Positions 1-12,435 of a stretch of 64,000 bases of DNA are shown here, in pieces. A program made the translations under genes and the position numbers. The stretch comes from Octopus vulgaris. Its lineage: Eukaryota. Position 1 is the stretch's first letter. Every line of letters starts with the position of its first letter. The stretch lies in NCBI GenBank assembly GCA_951406725.2, contig OX597841.1, positions 29,129,251 to 29,193,250 on the forward strand, in the 5' to 3' direction. The notes below the pieces were generated by a model, which ran no database searches, was not told the DNA's origin, and saw nothing but the letters and a program-made list of their open reading frames with translations.

Positions 1-229
1 ATTATTATTATTATTATTACCAGTATTATTACTTTAAAATACGAATTATCGTAAAAATCAAAGCAATCTACCGTAAATTGTTAGGCTGCGATCCATGACA
101 CACGTTTACTAATATCAGCTGATCGGAACCCTAACTCGATGCCATCTTGCTTTTATACAGCAATGTTTTCTGCTTTTGTAATGTGCTGCTAGACTGCTTT
201 CAACAATATATGCTTAAATACACTTAAAA

Positions 230-309
230 CTTTTTTTCCTGAATTTGACCTGCTGAAATGAGGGTGCGTCTAATATGCCAGTGCGTCTAATATGCCGTCA
301 AATACGGTA
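230..309. mobile_element. Right end of a Tc1/mariner-pogo-type DNA transposon or MITE
   Basis: Duplicated subterminal motif gtgcgtctaatatgcc followed by the terminus aaatacgg|TA (reverse complement TA|CCGTATTT). Confidence 0.55.
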
Positions 310-587
310 CATCATCAAAATCTTGAAGTTACAAGATAATGCAATATTAATAAATAAGCATTACAATTGATGGAGTAATATGAATGCTAAAGAGTCAATG
401 CAGATTTATTGTTACACAGCCCAGTGGTATAAGTATGAATAAAATTTTACAACATGGGTGCAAGAGCTGTGAGTTTCTCCTTTTCTCCAGTTTTTCATGA
501 GATATTCATATTTCCTAAACAGCTAACCTCTACAACGCTGCATGATTTATACTTCCTATCTTAGAGGACAATATCAGGCTTGTAGTG

Positions 588-1775
588 TTATCAAAGAAGC
601 TTGAGAGGCGGTTGGATGGAACTTACACTCGCCTCCTTATGAGAGCTCAAAATCTCGTGTGGAAGCGGCATCCAACCAAAGTACAAATATATGGGAAACT
701 ACCACCTGTGTCATCTCTTGTGAAAGGTAGGAGAGTCCAGTTTGCTGGACATTGTTGTAGAGCTGAAAACGAGGTCATTTCTGCTCTTCTCCTCTGGAAG
801 CCATCTACTCGCGATACCAGAGGTCACACACTCTCCTACCCTGATGTAATCTCCAGGGATACAGGCATCCAGCAACAGGACCTCCATAATGCCATGATGG
901 ACCATGAAGTCTGGCGTAGCATGGTAAATTCCATTGTCTCGACCACGGTCGAACAATGATGATGATATATATATATATACATACATATCATCTCTTGTGA
1001 AAGGTAGGAGAGTCCAGTTTGCTGGACATTGTTGTAGAGCTGAAAACGAGGTCATTTCTGCTCTTCTCCTCTGGAAGCCATCTACTCGCGATACCAGAGG
1101 TCACACACTCTCCTACCCTGATGTAATCTCCAGGGATACAGGCATCCAGCAACAGGACCTCCATAATGCCATGATGGACCATGAAGTCTGGCATAGCATG
1201 GTAAATTCCATTGTCTCGACCACGGTCAAACAATGATGATGATGATATATATATATATATACATACATATCATCTCTTGTGAAAGGTAGGAGAGTCCAGT
1301 TTGCTGGACATTGTTGTAGAGCTGAAAACGAGGTCATTTCTGCTCTTCTCCTCTGGAAGCCATCTATTCGCGATACCAGAGGTCGCTCACTTTCCTACCC
1401 TGATGTAATCTCCAGGGATACAGGCATCCAGCAACAGGACCTCCATAATGCCATGATGGACCATGAACGTAGCATGGTAAATTCCATTGTCTCGACCACA
1501 GTCGAACAATGATGATGATATATATATATACATACATATCATCTCTTGTGAAAGGTAGGAGAGTCCAGTTTGCTGGACATTGTTGTAGAGCTGAAAACGA
1601 GGTCATTTCTGCTCTTCTCCTCTGGAAGCCATCTACTCGCGATACCAGAGGGTGCACACTCTCCTACCCTGATGTAATCTTCCAGCAACAGGACCTCCGT
1701 AATGCCATGATGGACCGTGAAGTCTGGCATAGCATGGCAAATTCCATTGTCTCGACCACAGTCGAACAATGATAT
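588..1775 (+). mobile_element. RTE-clade LINE 3' end with its last ~250 bp in 4 tandem copies
   Basis: ORF 585-959 has RTE C-terminal motifs (LDGTYTRLL...WKRHPT...IYGKLPPVS...RRVQFAGHCCR...LLLW...DTG...AMMD.EVWR) and a (TGA)n tail. The unit restarts at ~711, 989, 1270 and 1538. Confidence 0.85.
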
Positions 1776-1918
1776 GATGTAGTGTTCGCACCAGATTGCT
1801 CCTTTTTGCTGGAATGTTCCAACAGTATTCCTTATTCTAGTTCTGATATGTTTTTGGTATGGCTATCGGGACAATCCTTCATGTGGACAGCATCGTAAAT
1901 GGTTTTATCAACGATATT

Positions 1919-2302
1919 GGAAGCACTCCGTCGGTTACGACGACGAGGGTTCCGGTTGATCTGAATCAATGGAACAGCCTGCTCATGAAATTAACGTGTA
2001 AGTGGCTGAGCACTCCACAGACACGTGTACCCTTAACGCAGTTCTCGGGGATATTCAGCGTGACACAGAGAGTGACAAGGCCGGCCCTTTGAAATACAGG
2101 TACAACAGAAACAGGAAGTAAGAGAGAGAGAAAGTTGTGGTGAAAGAGTACAGCAGGGATCACCACCATCCCCTGCCGGAGCCTCGTGGAGCTTTAGGTG
2201 TTTTCGCTCAATAAACACTCTCAACGCCCGGTCTTGGAATCGAAACCCCGATCCTACGACCGCGAGTCCGCTGCCCTAACCACTGGGCCATTGCGCCTCC
2301 AC
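1919..2302 (-). mobile_element. Full-length tRNA-derived SINE (family B) with a 13-bp target-site duplication
   Basis: Minus-strand head GTGGAGGCGCAATGGCCCAGTGGTTAGGGCAGC...GGTTTCGATTCC carries A and B boxes. TSD tatcaacgatatt (1906-1918) / tatcaacaatatt (2303-2315). Confidence 0.85.
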
Positions 2303-2570
2303 TATCAACAATATTATATCTCATGTGAAAGTAGTACCTTGTGGACATTTTTTGGAGAGCTACTAATGATGTGCGTTTCTACCATATTGGTACAACTGAC
2401 ATCTTCCCATCAGTGTTCCTTATTTTGCTTCTGGTATGTTTTTGGTATTGCTATCAAGACAATCCTTTCTGTGGATGGCATTGTAAATGCTTTTATCAAC
2501 AATGCTAAATGCCATGTGAAAATAGTATCTTGTGGACATTCTTGGGAGTTGCTAATGATGTGGGGGGATA

Positions 2571-2955
2571 TCTCTCTATATATAAACGGCAGTTTGTCTG
2601 TGTGTGTTTCTGTGTGTCTGTTAGGTTGTACCCTCACCCTGACCACGGCTTTCAACCGATTCTGATGAAACTTAACACACACATAGCCCAATGTCATAAT
2701 TCAAAACTAACGCAGCGAAAATTTTGAAAAGTTCCCCCAGTTCTGAAAAAAATCGATAAATTCGACATGGGGTCGAGAATCAGAAACACAAACCACAGAC
2801 TGTCTAGGGGACGCAACTCCACCTTTTTTAACTCTCAAAAATAATTTACCATCATTTTTTTTCCATTTTTTTGCTATTTTTTGGCTATAACTCTCTAAAA
2901 ATGCTTTATAGTTATTTCCCTTACAAACCTGAGCAACGCCGGGCGATACTGCTAG
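2571..2955 (+). mobile_element. Non-autonomous Helitron
   Basis: 5' A|TCTCTCTATATATAAA, 3' subterminal GC hairpin (cctgagcaacgccggg) and CTAG|T end, inserted in an AT dinucleotide with no TSD. A related copy lies at 42653-43074. Confidence 0.8.
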
Positions 2956-3172
2956 TCCACTATATTGTCACAGCTGACATTTATATTGTATCACAACATG
3001 GGGTCACAGAAAGATCCTTATCTCTCATTGATGAGTTTTTAAAACTTGTCTCCCTTTCCTGGATAGCAAAAGCATAGCATTTTCGAGATATGGTGTATCT
3101 ATCATAGGCCTAGATGGGGCCACACTTTATGTTAATGGTGTTGGTATATATATATATATATATAGATATACA

Positions 3173-3215
<43 letters not shown>

Positions 3216-3219
<4 letters not shown>

Positions 3220-3398
3220 AGTGTTTACGAAAAAACAAAAGACGAAGACAGGTGGTGTACAAAACAAACAGATGTATTAGTATAACACTCAGGAATAGAA
3301 AAAGTCTTTTACGTTTCGAGCCTACGCTCTTCTACAGAAAGGGACACAGAAAAAACAAGGAGAGAAAAAAATGTGTGTAGTGGCAAACGATCTATCAT
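3216..3398 (-). mobile_element. Penelope-like (PLE) terminal-repeat fragment with a minimal hammerhead-like motif, in (TA)n
   Basis: Minus strand 3341-3306 reads cttt CTGTAGA A GAGC gtag GCTC GAAAC GTA aaag. A homologous copy lies at 47062-47269. Confidence 0.6.
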
Positions 3399-3862
3399 AT
3401 ATTATAGATGCAGGGTAAAAAATTATTAATTTAATAATTAACAAATTTCACCAAGTAGCTTCAGTATGAAAGAAAAAAACCCATTATCGGAAAAAACTTA
3501 TACAAAAAGTTTTTTTTTATAATTATAAATATAATTAAGGGTTTAGCAAAAAGTTGCTTCACCACATACCGAAAATTTAGAAATAGCAGTCAAAAACCAC
3601 TATATTGACTACAAATATAACTCCACAGATAGCAATACTCGTACCTCACAAAAGAATTAGCGGTGTTTGACAGCTATTTTTATTTTATTTCATCTAGTTT
3701 CAGCTCACGAGCTGTGGCCATGCTGGGGCACTGCCATTAAAATATTAATTAAATAATCTGTACGTCAAAGTCGTCCACTGCGAAATTTGAACTCAAAACA
3801 TAATGACAGATGAAATACCGTTAACCATTTCGCCCAAGCAACTTTTTGCTAAACCCTTAATG

Positions 3863-3911
<49 letters not shown>

Positions 3912-3914
<3 letters not shown>

Positions 3915-4150
3915 TTATTCGTTCCCATCCTTGTTTTGTACACATTCGAGGCTTTCCTCCAAGGAATCTAATGCGCTTGGCTTAGATTTTCCTTAGGGCT
4001 GGCCAGGTCGGAGCAATCTCAAGATTAATCAGCCGAAATTGCGAGGATGATCCGGTTCTTGACTGAAGATTGAAGGCTTCGAATGTCCCGTCTGTGTTTT
4101 TTGTATCATCTTCTAAATGTTTTGCGTTCTTGCCCCAGTTTGTATTTTTT
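3912..4150 (+). mobile_element. Repeat fragment between (TA)n tracts, probably Penelope-like
   Basis: Flanked by (TA)n; contains cagccgaaat and gaCTGAAGAttGAAGgCTTCGAAtGTC, degenerate hammerhead-like strings. Confidence 0.35.
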
Positions 4151-4241
4151 TACATATATATATATATATACCGGAGTAAACACATAAATGTGAAACAAGG
4201 TGGAAAAAAGAGTACTCAAATACTAGTGGTAGAGTAATATG

Positions 4242-4389
4242 CTTTATTCAAAGCAGCAGAAAATTCAACAAAACCTGTTACTCTGAGTTGCCTGTTGACG
4301 TTCGTCGGACACCTTTTGCTGTCCGACAAACGGCAACGGGAAACTCAGAGTAACAGATTTTGTTGAATTTTCTGCTGCTTTGAATAAAG
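4242..4389. repeat. 70-bp-arm inverted repeat (fold-back), probably inverted PLE terminal repeats
   Basis: Arms 4242-4311 and 4320-4389, 5 mismatches in 70 bp, 8-nt loop; sits in a 4170-4390 insert between (TA)n tracts. Confidence 0.9.
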
Positions 4390-4405
4390 TATATATATAT
4401 ATGTG

Positions 4406-4452
<47 letters not shown>

Positions 4453-4467
4453 GTATATATATATATG

Positions 4468-4498
<31 letters not shown>

Positions 4499-4526
4499 GT
4501 ATATATATATATGTATATATATACAC

Positions 4527-4559
<33 letters not shown>

Positions 4560-4685
4560 ATAGACAGATAGATAGACACACTCATACATATAGGCATATA
4601 TATATAAATAAATACATATGCTTACACCCTCACAAGATCTTACAAACATTCCCGTGCACATACACATATATACACATACTCTCTT

Positions 4686-4734
<49 letters not shown>

Positions 4735-5002
4735 GATTAATAGGCTGGAAAGAAATGAAACATTGTTCAGTGTTTACTTAAAAATTTCCCACCTATAAAG
4801 TCAACATTTTCGTGTTAGTGTGACTGTATGTGGTATGTCTTGTCAACTGGGACCACACACCAACTGTACTCTTAATAATAACCAAAATCATATTTTTTTA
4901 CAATAATAATGATGATGATGATGATGATAATTCTTTCTACGATAGGAACCAGGCCTGAATAATAATAATAATAATAATAATAACAATAATAATAATAATA
5001 AT

Positions 5003-5403
5003 CTCTCTTTTACTCTTTTACTTGTTTCAGTCATTTGACTGCGGCCATGCTGGAGTACCGCCTTTAGTCGAGCAAATCGACCCCGGGACTTATTCTTTGT
5101 AAACCCAGTACTTATTATTCTATCGGTCTCTTTTGCCGAACCGCTAAGTGACGGGGACGTAAACACACCAGCATCGGTTGTCAAGCAATGCTAGGGGGAC
5201 AAACACACACACATACATATATATATATATACATATATACGACAGGCTTCTTTCAGTTTCCGTCTACCAAATCCACTCACAAGGCATTGGTTGGCCCAGG
5301 GCTATAGCAGAAGACACTTGCCCAAGATGCCACGCAGTGGGACTGAACCCGGAACCATGTGGTTGGTTAGCAAGCTACTTACCACACAGCCACTCCTGCG
5401 CCT
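5003..5403 (-). mobile_element. tRNA-derived SINE family A (~400 bp, octopus OR-like/CORE-like), full length
   Basis: Head GGCGCAGGAGTGGCTGTGTGGTAAG...GGTTCAGTCCC, CORE-like CTTGGGCAAGTG, central (TA)/(TG) microsatellite and (GTAAAAGA)n tail; more than 15 copies in the window. Confidence 0.85.
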
Positions 5404-5419
5404 ATAATAATAATAATAA

Positions 5420-5572
5420 TCGTTTAGCATCCGCTTTCCATGCTAGCATGGGTTGGACGATTTTGACTGAGGGCTGGCGAACCAGAAGGCTCCAATCTTG
5501 ATCTGGCAGAGTTTCTACAGCTGGATACCCTTCCTAACACCAACCACTCCGAGAGTGCAGTGGGTGCTTTTT
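5420..5572 (-). mobile_element. SINE family C fragment (GGAAGGGCATCCAGCTGTAGAAAC core, RTE-like tail)
   Basis: Shares core and tail (CCCATGCTAGCATGGAAA..GGACGTTAAACGATGATG) with copies at 6530, 6672, 30930 and 53655. Confidence 0.7.
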
Positions 5573-5597
5573 AATAATAATAATAATAATAATAATA

Positions 5598-6168
5598 GCA
5601 CAAACCACCTCCAGTGCTTGAAAATGATCATATCTCATTCCTCTGGAACTTCACCATTCAAACTGACAGAAAGATAGATGTGAATAGGCCTTATTGAAAG
5701 CCTTCAGACAGAAATCCTGCCTCCGTATTGATATGACTGTTCCAATCAATATAAACGTATCTGTCAAGACCTACCAAAAATTGAGCAAGTATAATGATCT
5801 TGAAATAGAAATTAGCAAAATGTGGGACTTGAAAACTAAAACAATACCTGTTGTCATAGGTGCCCTGGGAATGATAGCAAAAGGGGCTGATTGCTATGTA
5901 GCTCAGATACCAGGAAACCCCAAAATGGCAGAAATTCAAAAGATAGTCCTCATGGGAACTGCCCATATCTAACGTAAAATACTGTCTATGATGTAATCTC
6001 AAATTTTAAAACAAATTTATAATCTTCTTATGTTTTCTTAGACAAAACCAAACTTATGACGCCATAGGCATAACACCAACGTGAACTTCTAATATGTTGT
6101 CTCTTGAGGCCTCTGGGTGAGACTTGGAGCCAACTTGTACAAATGCAAAGCAAAAGTCAAACATAAAA
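5598..6168 (+). mobile_element. 5'-truncated R4/Dong-type (restriction-like endonuclease) LINE, decayed, in (TAA)n
   Basis: Translates as LWNFTIQTDRKIDVNRP...IDMTVP...KLSKYNDLEIEISKMW...IPVVIGALG...IQKIVLMGTAHI (RLE domain and C-terminus); both flanks are (TAA)n. Confidence 0.8.
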
Positions 6169-6308
6169 TAATAATAATAATAATAATAATAATGATAATC
6201 ATAATGATGATGATGATGATGATAATAATGATGATGATGATGATAATAATGATTATAATAATAATGATGATGATGATGATAATAATGATGATGATAATAA
6301 TAATAATA

Positions 6309-6480
6309 GGCGTAGGAGTGGCTGTGTGGTAAGTAGCTTGCTTACTAACCACATCGTTCCGGGTTCAGTGCCACTGTGTGGCACCTTGGGCATGTGTCCT
6401 CTACTATAGCCTTGGGCCGACCAAAGCCTTGTGAGTGGATTTGGTAGACGGAAACTGAAAGAAGCCTGTTTTATATATCT
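6309..6480 (+). mobile_element. SINE family A, 5' half
   Basis: Head and core up to the central microsatellite. Confidence 0.75.
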
Positions 6481-6481
6481 A

Positions 6482-6522
<41 letters not shown>

Positions 6523-6529
6523 GGTGGGG

Positions 6530-6960
6530 GTGAGTGGTTGGTGTTGGGAAGGGCATCCAGCTGTAGAAACACTGCCAGACCAGATTGGTCCCTGGTGCAT
6601 CTTCCTGGCTTCCCAGACCCCAGTTGAACCGTCCAACCCAAATGATAGTGATCATGATGATGATGATGATCATCATCATCATCGTTTAACGTCCGTTCTC
6701 CATGCTAGCATGGGTTAGACGGTTCGACCGGGGATCTGGGAAGCCAGAAGGCTGCACCAGGCTCCAGTCTTATCTGGCAGTGTTTCTACAGCTGGATGCC
6801 CTTCCTAACGCCAACCACTCCATGAGTGTAGTGGGTGCTTTTTACATGCCACCTGCACAGGTGCCAGGCGAGGCTGGCAACGGCCACGGTTGGATTGGTG
6901 TATTTTATGTGCCACCGGCACGGAAGCCAGTCGAGGCAGCGCTGGCATCGGCCATGATGG
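6530..6960. mobile_element. Two SINE family C copies tail-to-tail (6530-6670 +, 6671-6960 -)
   Basis: The same core appears in opposite orientations, meeting at gatgatgat|catcatcat. Confidence 0.7.
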
Positions 6961-7649
6961 CGATGAATATTGACAATTTTTACTGGGAATTTGAAATTAC
7001 CCCCTCATTTCTTTATGATTAACTACAGAAAGTGCAGAACACACTCCACTATGACAATGGGGTTAAATTCGTAAAAGGGGGTTGTGAAAAACCATGAAAC
7101 GTCAGACGTTTGGATTTCAGAACCTTATTGTTCCGAATACAATCATGAAGGACAAATATGAAAAAAATCTTTAAAAAAAGTGGGGGGAAAAAAAAGGGAG
7201 ATTAAATTCTGGTTTTAATATAAACTGTTTTGAAAGGATTGCTGTTCCCTGTTTACACAAATACATGTATATATGCAAATGTGTGTGTGAGTGTGTGTGT
7301 GTGTGTGTGCGTGTCTGGTTGTCTGTCTTTTCGTGACCCCTAGCTTTCTTTTGTCTATGGAATTATTGAAGCAATAATCCCATGTTTATTTATGTGGCTG
7401 TGGTGGCTGAAAATATTATTGCGATTGTTGTTAATGCTACTGAAAAGGATAATGATGATGATGATAAAAATAATAATGCTAATAATAATAATATTATTAA
7501 AATCAATTAATAAAAACAATTTGGCAGTTGTAATTATATTTGTGGCTGGGTATAGCAGTTGATATTTTTTTATAAATAATATGGAAATATGTAATTCATT
7601 ACAATTTGATGCAATAAAAATATACATATTTAACTGTTTGTCTATATAC

Positions 7650-7674
7650 ATATATAAATATATATATAAATATA

Positions 7675-7723
<49 letters not shown>

Positions 7724-7858
7724 TTATTTATATATACATATATAAATATAAATAAATATATATATATATATATATTTATTTATATTTATATATGTATATA
7801 TTTATTTATATTTATATATGTATATATATGTATATATTTATTTATATTTATATATTTA

Positions 7859-7897
<39 letters not shown>

Positions 7898-8132
7898 TTA
7901 TATTTATATATATATATATATTTATTTATATTTATTTATTTATATTTATATATATTTATTTATATTTATATATATATATATATTTATTTATATTTATATA
8001 TATATATATATTTATTTATATTTATATATGTATATATATGTATATATTTATTTATATTTATATATGTATATATATGTATATATTTATTTATATTTATATA
8101 TGTATATATATGTATATATTTATTTATATCTA

Positions 8133-8163
<31 letters not shown>

Positions 8164-8230
8164 TGATATGTGTATATGCATATATTCACACATACACATA
8201 TATATACTCATGCACACACACACACACATG
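7650..8230. repeat. Compound (TA)n/(TATT)/(TATG) microsatellite
   Basis: Directly visible. Confidence 0.95.
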
Positions 8231-8231
8231 T

Positions 8232-8351
8232 TATTCTTAAACAAGAGTATTATTGACTTAAACGTTTCAGCCAGTTAACCCGTTGCTGGACGATGGCTTA
8301 ACTGATTGAAACTTCAAAGTTACTATCAACAATATTCTTGTTTTAAGAATA
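8232..8351. repeat. Imperfect ~120-bp fold-back with decayed hammerhead-like arms
   Basis: Left arm tattcttaaacaagagtattattga..aacgtttcagccagttaa is complementary to right arm ttaactgattgaaact..tcaacaatattcttgttttaagaata. Confidence 0.7.
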
Positions 8352-8394
8352 TATTTGTATTCCGCAAAAGTATAGAGTAACCCATCAGATTAAT

Positions 8395-8607
8395 CTCTCT
8401 ACTCTTTTACTTGTTTCAGTCATTTGACTGCGGCCATGCTGGAGCACCGCCTTTAATCGAGCAACTCGACCCCGGGACTTATTCTTTTGTAAGCCCAGTA
8501 CTTATTCTATCGGTCTCTTTTGCCGAACCGCTAAGTGACGGGGACATAAACACACCAGCATCGGTTGTCAAGCGATGCTAGGAGGACAAACACAGACACA
8601 CAAACAT

Positions 8608-8648
<41 letters not shown>

Positions 8649-8790
8649 TACGACAAGCTTCTTTCAGTTTCCGTCTACCAAATCCACTCACACGGCTTTG
8701 GTCGGCCTGAGACTATAGTAGAAGACACTTGCCCAAGGTGCCACACAGCGGCACTGAACCCCGAACCATGTGGTTGAACCATGTGGTTGG
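8395..8790 (-). mobile_element. SINE family A
   Basis: Near full-length match to the other family A copies. Confidence 0.8.
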
Positions 8791-8869
8791 ACCTACATCT
8801 GTTGATACGACATTGATAGAACACATGTTATATACATCAAAATATGTATGTTTGTTCATTTATTAGTTC

Positions 8870-9135
8870 TGCTTATATTCTTATATCCTTATATTCTTTT
8901 ATTCTTATATTCTTATATCCTTATATTCTTATATTCTTATATTCTTTTGTTCTTATATCCTTATATTCTTTTATTATGTTCTTATATCCTTATATTCTTA
9001 TATTCTTTTATTCTTATATTCTTTTATTCTTATATTCTTATATCCTTATATTCTTATATTCTTTTATTCTTATATCCTTATATTCTTATATTCTTTTATT
9101 CTTATATTCTTTTAATTCTTTTATTCTTATATTCT
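8870..9135. repeat. (ATATTCTT)n-like 8-bp minisatellite
   Basis: Directly visible. Confidence 0.9.
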
Positions 9136-9342
9136 CCTTCTCTTTCTAAATTTCTCACTTATGGTGATGGAGCAGTTTTCTTCCCATCTCAGAGATGATG
9201 TTCTTCCATTGTAATTTAAGCATCAGCTAAATATTCATTCTTGTACACAAGTGGTTCTCAACCAGGAGGGTCCATATTACCCGCTGAGGGTCCATATAAG
9301 GTTTAGGTGGGGACCACACAGCAAAATAGTAAATTGAGGATT

Positions 9343-11160
9343 ACTCTTTTACTTGTTTCAGTCATTTGATTGTGGCCATGCTGGAGCACTGCCTTTAGTC
9401 GAGGAAATCGACCCCAGGACTTATTCTTTGTAAGCCTAGTACTTATTCTATCGGTCTCTTTTACTTGTTTCAGTCATTTGATTGTGGCCATGCTGGAGCA
9501 CCGCCTTTAGTCGAGCAAATTGACCCCAGGACTTATTCTTTGTAAGCCTAGTACTTATTCTATCGGTCTCTTTTACTTGTTTCAGTCATTTGCCTGTGGC
9601 CATGCTGGAGCACTGCCTTTAGTCGAGCAAATCGACCCCAGGACTTATTCTTTGTAAGCCTAGTACTTATTGTATCGATCTCTTTTACTTGTTTCAGTCA
9701 TTTGCCTGTGGCCATGCTGGAGCACCACCTTTTAGTGAAGCAAATCAACCCCAGGACTTATTCTTTGTAAGCCTAGTACTTATTCTATTGGTCTCTTTTA
9801 CTTGTTTCAGTCATTTGATTGTGGCCATGCTGGAGCACCGCCTTTAGTCGAGCAAATTGACCCCAGGACTTATTCTTTGTAAGCCTAGTACTTATTCTAT
9901 TGGTCTCTTTTACTTGTTTCAGTCATTTGATTGTGGCCATGCTGGAGCACCGCCTTTAGTCGAGCAAATCGACCCCAGGACTTATTCTTTGTAAGCCTAG
10001 TACTTATTCTATTGGTCTCTTTTACTTGTTTCAGTCATTTGATTGTGGCCATGCTGGAGCACCGCCTTTAGTCGAGCAAATTGACCCCAGGACTTATTCT
10101 TTGTAAGCCTAGTACTTATTCTATTGGTCTCTTTTACTTGTTTCAGTCATTTGATTGTGGCCATGCTGGAGCACCGCCTTTAGTCGAGCAAATCGACCCC
10201 AGGACTTATTCTTTGTAAGCCTAGTACTTATTCTATCGGTCTCTTTTACTTGTTTCAGTCATTTGATTGTGGCCATGCTGGAGCACCGCCTTTAGTCGAG
10301 CAAATTGACCCCAGGACTTATTCTTTGTAAGCCTAGTACTTATTCTATTGGTCTCTTTTACTTGTTTCAGTCATTTGATTGTGGCCATGCTGGAGCACCG
10401 CCTTTTAGTCGAGCAAATCGACCCCAGGACTTATTCTTTGTAAGCCTAGTACTTATTCTATCGGTCTCTTTTACTTGTTTCAGTCATTTGATTGTGGCCA
10501 TGCTGGAGCACCGCCTTTAGTCGAGCAAATTGACCCCAGGACTTATTCTTTGTAAGCCTAGTACTTATTCTATTGGTCTCTTTTACTTGTTTCAGTCATC
10601 TGACTGTGGCCATGCTGGAGCATCGCCTTTAGTCGAGCAAATCGACCCCAGGACTTATTCTTTGTAAGCCTAGTACTTATTGTATCGATCTCTTTTACTT
10701 GTTTCAGTCATTTGACTGTAGCCATGCTGGAGCACTGCCTTTAGTCAAGCAAATCAACCCCAGGACTTATTCTTTGTAAGCCTAGTACTTATTGTATCGA
10801 TCTCTTTTACTTGTTTCAGTCATTTGACTGTGGCCATGCTGGAGCACTGCCTTTAGTCGAGCAAATCGACCCCAGGACTTATTCTTTGTAAGCCTAGTAC
10901 TTATTCTATCGGCCTCTTTTACTTGTTTCAGTCATTTGACTGCGGCCATGCTGGAGCACTGCCTTTAGTCGAGCAAATCGACCCCAGGACTTATTCTTTG
11001 TAAGCCTAGTACTTATTCTATCGGCCTCTTTTGCCAAATCGCTAAGTTACGGGAACGTAAACACACCAGCATCGGGTGTCAAGCAATGCTAGGGAAACAA
11101 ACACACACGCACATATATATATATATATACGACGGGCTTCTTTCAGTTTCCATCTACCAA
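9343..11160 (-). repeat. Tandem array of 15 x 112-bp units derived from the 3' end of SINE family A, continuing into the rest of the SINE
   Basis: acttgtttcagtcat recurs at 9351, 9463, 9575, 9687, 9800, 9912, 10024, 10136, 10248, 10360, 10473, 10585, 10697, 10809 and 10921. Confidence 0.95.
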
Positions 11161-11828
11161 TGTGTGTGTGCATGTGTGCGTGTGTGTGCATGCATGTGCA
11201 TGCATCTGTGTGTGTGTGTGTGTTTATGTGGGCATGCGTCTGTGTGTGTGAGCATGTGTATGTGTGTGTGTGTGCATGTGCATGCACCTGTGTGTGCATA
11301 TGTGTGTATGTGTGCGCATGAGTGTGTGCATGTGTGTGTGTGTGCGTGTGTGTGTGTGAGCGCGTGCAAGTTTATGTGTTTTTGTGTGTTTGTGTGTGCG
11401 CATATGTGTGTGCGCATATGTGTGTGCGCATATGTGTGTGCGCATATGTGTGTGCATGCTTGTGTGTTTGCGCACGTGTGTGTGTGTGTACGCACACGTG
11501 TGCATGTATGTGTGTGTCTGTGCAAATTTACATACAGTATTACAACCTAAACTTCTAGACTGCTTTCCATATTCTAACTGTTTCGTTAATGGCTTGTAAT
11601 TATAATCTGCTAATTATCTTTAATGGTTTTGTGAAGTTTAACTTCTCAAGACTGGTACTGAGGCAGCTGGCTTTATAATAAAATGCTCCAATAATTCCAG
11701 GTATAAATCAAAGATTTACAGGTGCTACAAGAATATCTGCAGATTCCTCGTTAATTTGCCAGAGATGTTTTCTTATCTCCTTATCTTTTCCATTTGATTT
11801 CCACTGCTGTACACACTTTCTTTACATT

Positions 11829-12435
11829 ACTCTTTTACTTGTTTCAGTCATTTGACTGTGGCCATGCTGGAGCACCGCCTTTAGTCGAGCAAATCGGCCC
11901 CAGGACTTATTCTTTGTAAGCCTGGTACTTATTCTATCGGTCTCTTTTACTTGTTTCAGTCATTTGACTGTGGCCATGCTGGAGCACCGCCTTTAGTCGA
12001 GCAAATTGGCCCCAGGACTTATTCTTTGTAAGCCTGGTACTTATTCTATCGGTCTCTTTTACTTGTTTCAGTCATTTGACTGTGGCCATGCTGGAGCACC
12101 GCCTTTAGTCGAGCAAATCGACTCCCAGGACTTATTCTTTGTAAGCCTGGTACTTATTCTATCGGGTCTCTTTTGCCGAACTGCATCGGTTGTCAAGCAA
12201 TGTTGGTGAGGTGGGGGAACAAACACAGACACACAAACATACACACATACATACATATTTATATATACATACATATATACGACGGACTTCTTTCAGTTTC
12301 TGTCTATGAAATCCACTCAGAAGGCTTTCGTCGGCCCGAGGCTATAGTAGAAGACACTTGCCCAAGGTGCCATACAGTGGGAATGAACCCAGAATCATGT
12401 GGTTGATAAGCAAGCTTCTTATCACACAGCCACAC
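11829..12435 (-). mobile_element. SINE family A with its 112-bp 3' segment triplicated
   Basis: Units at 11837, 11949 and 12061, then the normal SINE body. Confidence 0.9.

Noticed and set aside
1830-2562. Old ~150-bp duplication flanking the SINE as a possible coding remnant
   Set aside because: Multiple stops and only vague similarity to RT C-termini; useful only as a record of the SINE's empty site.
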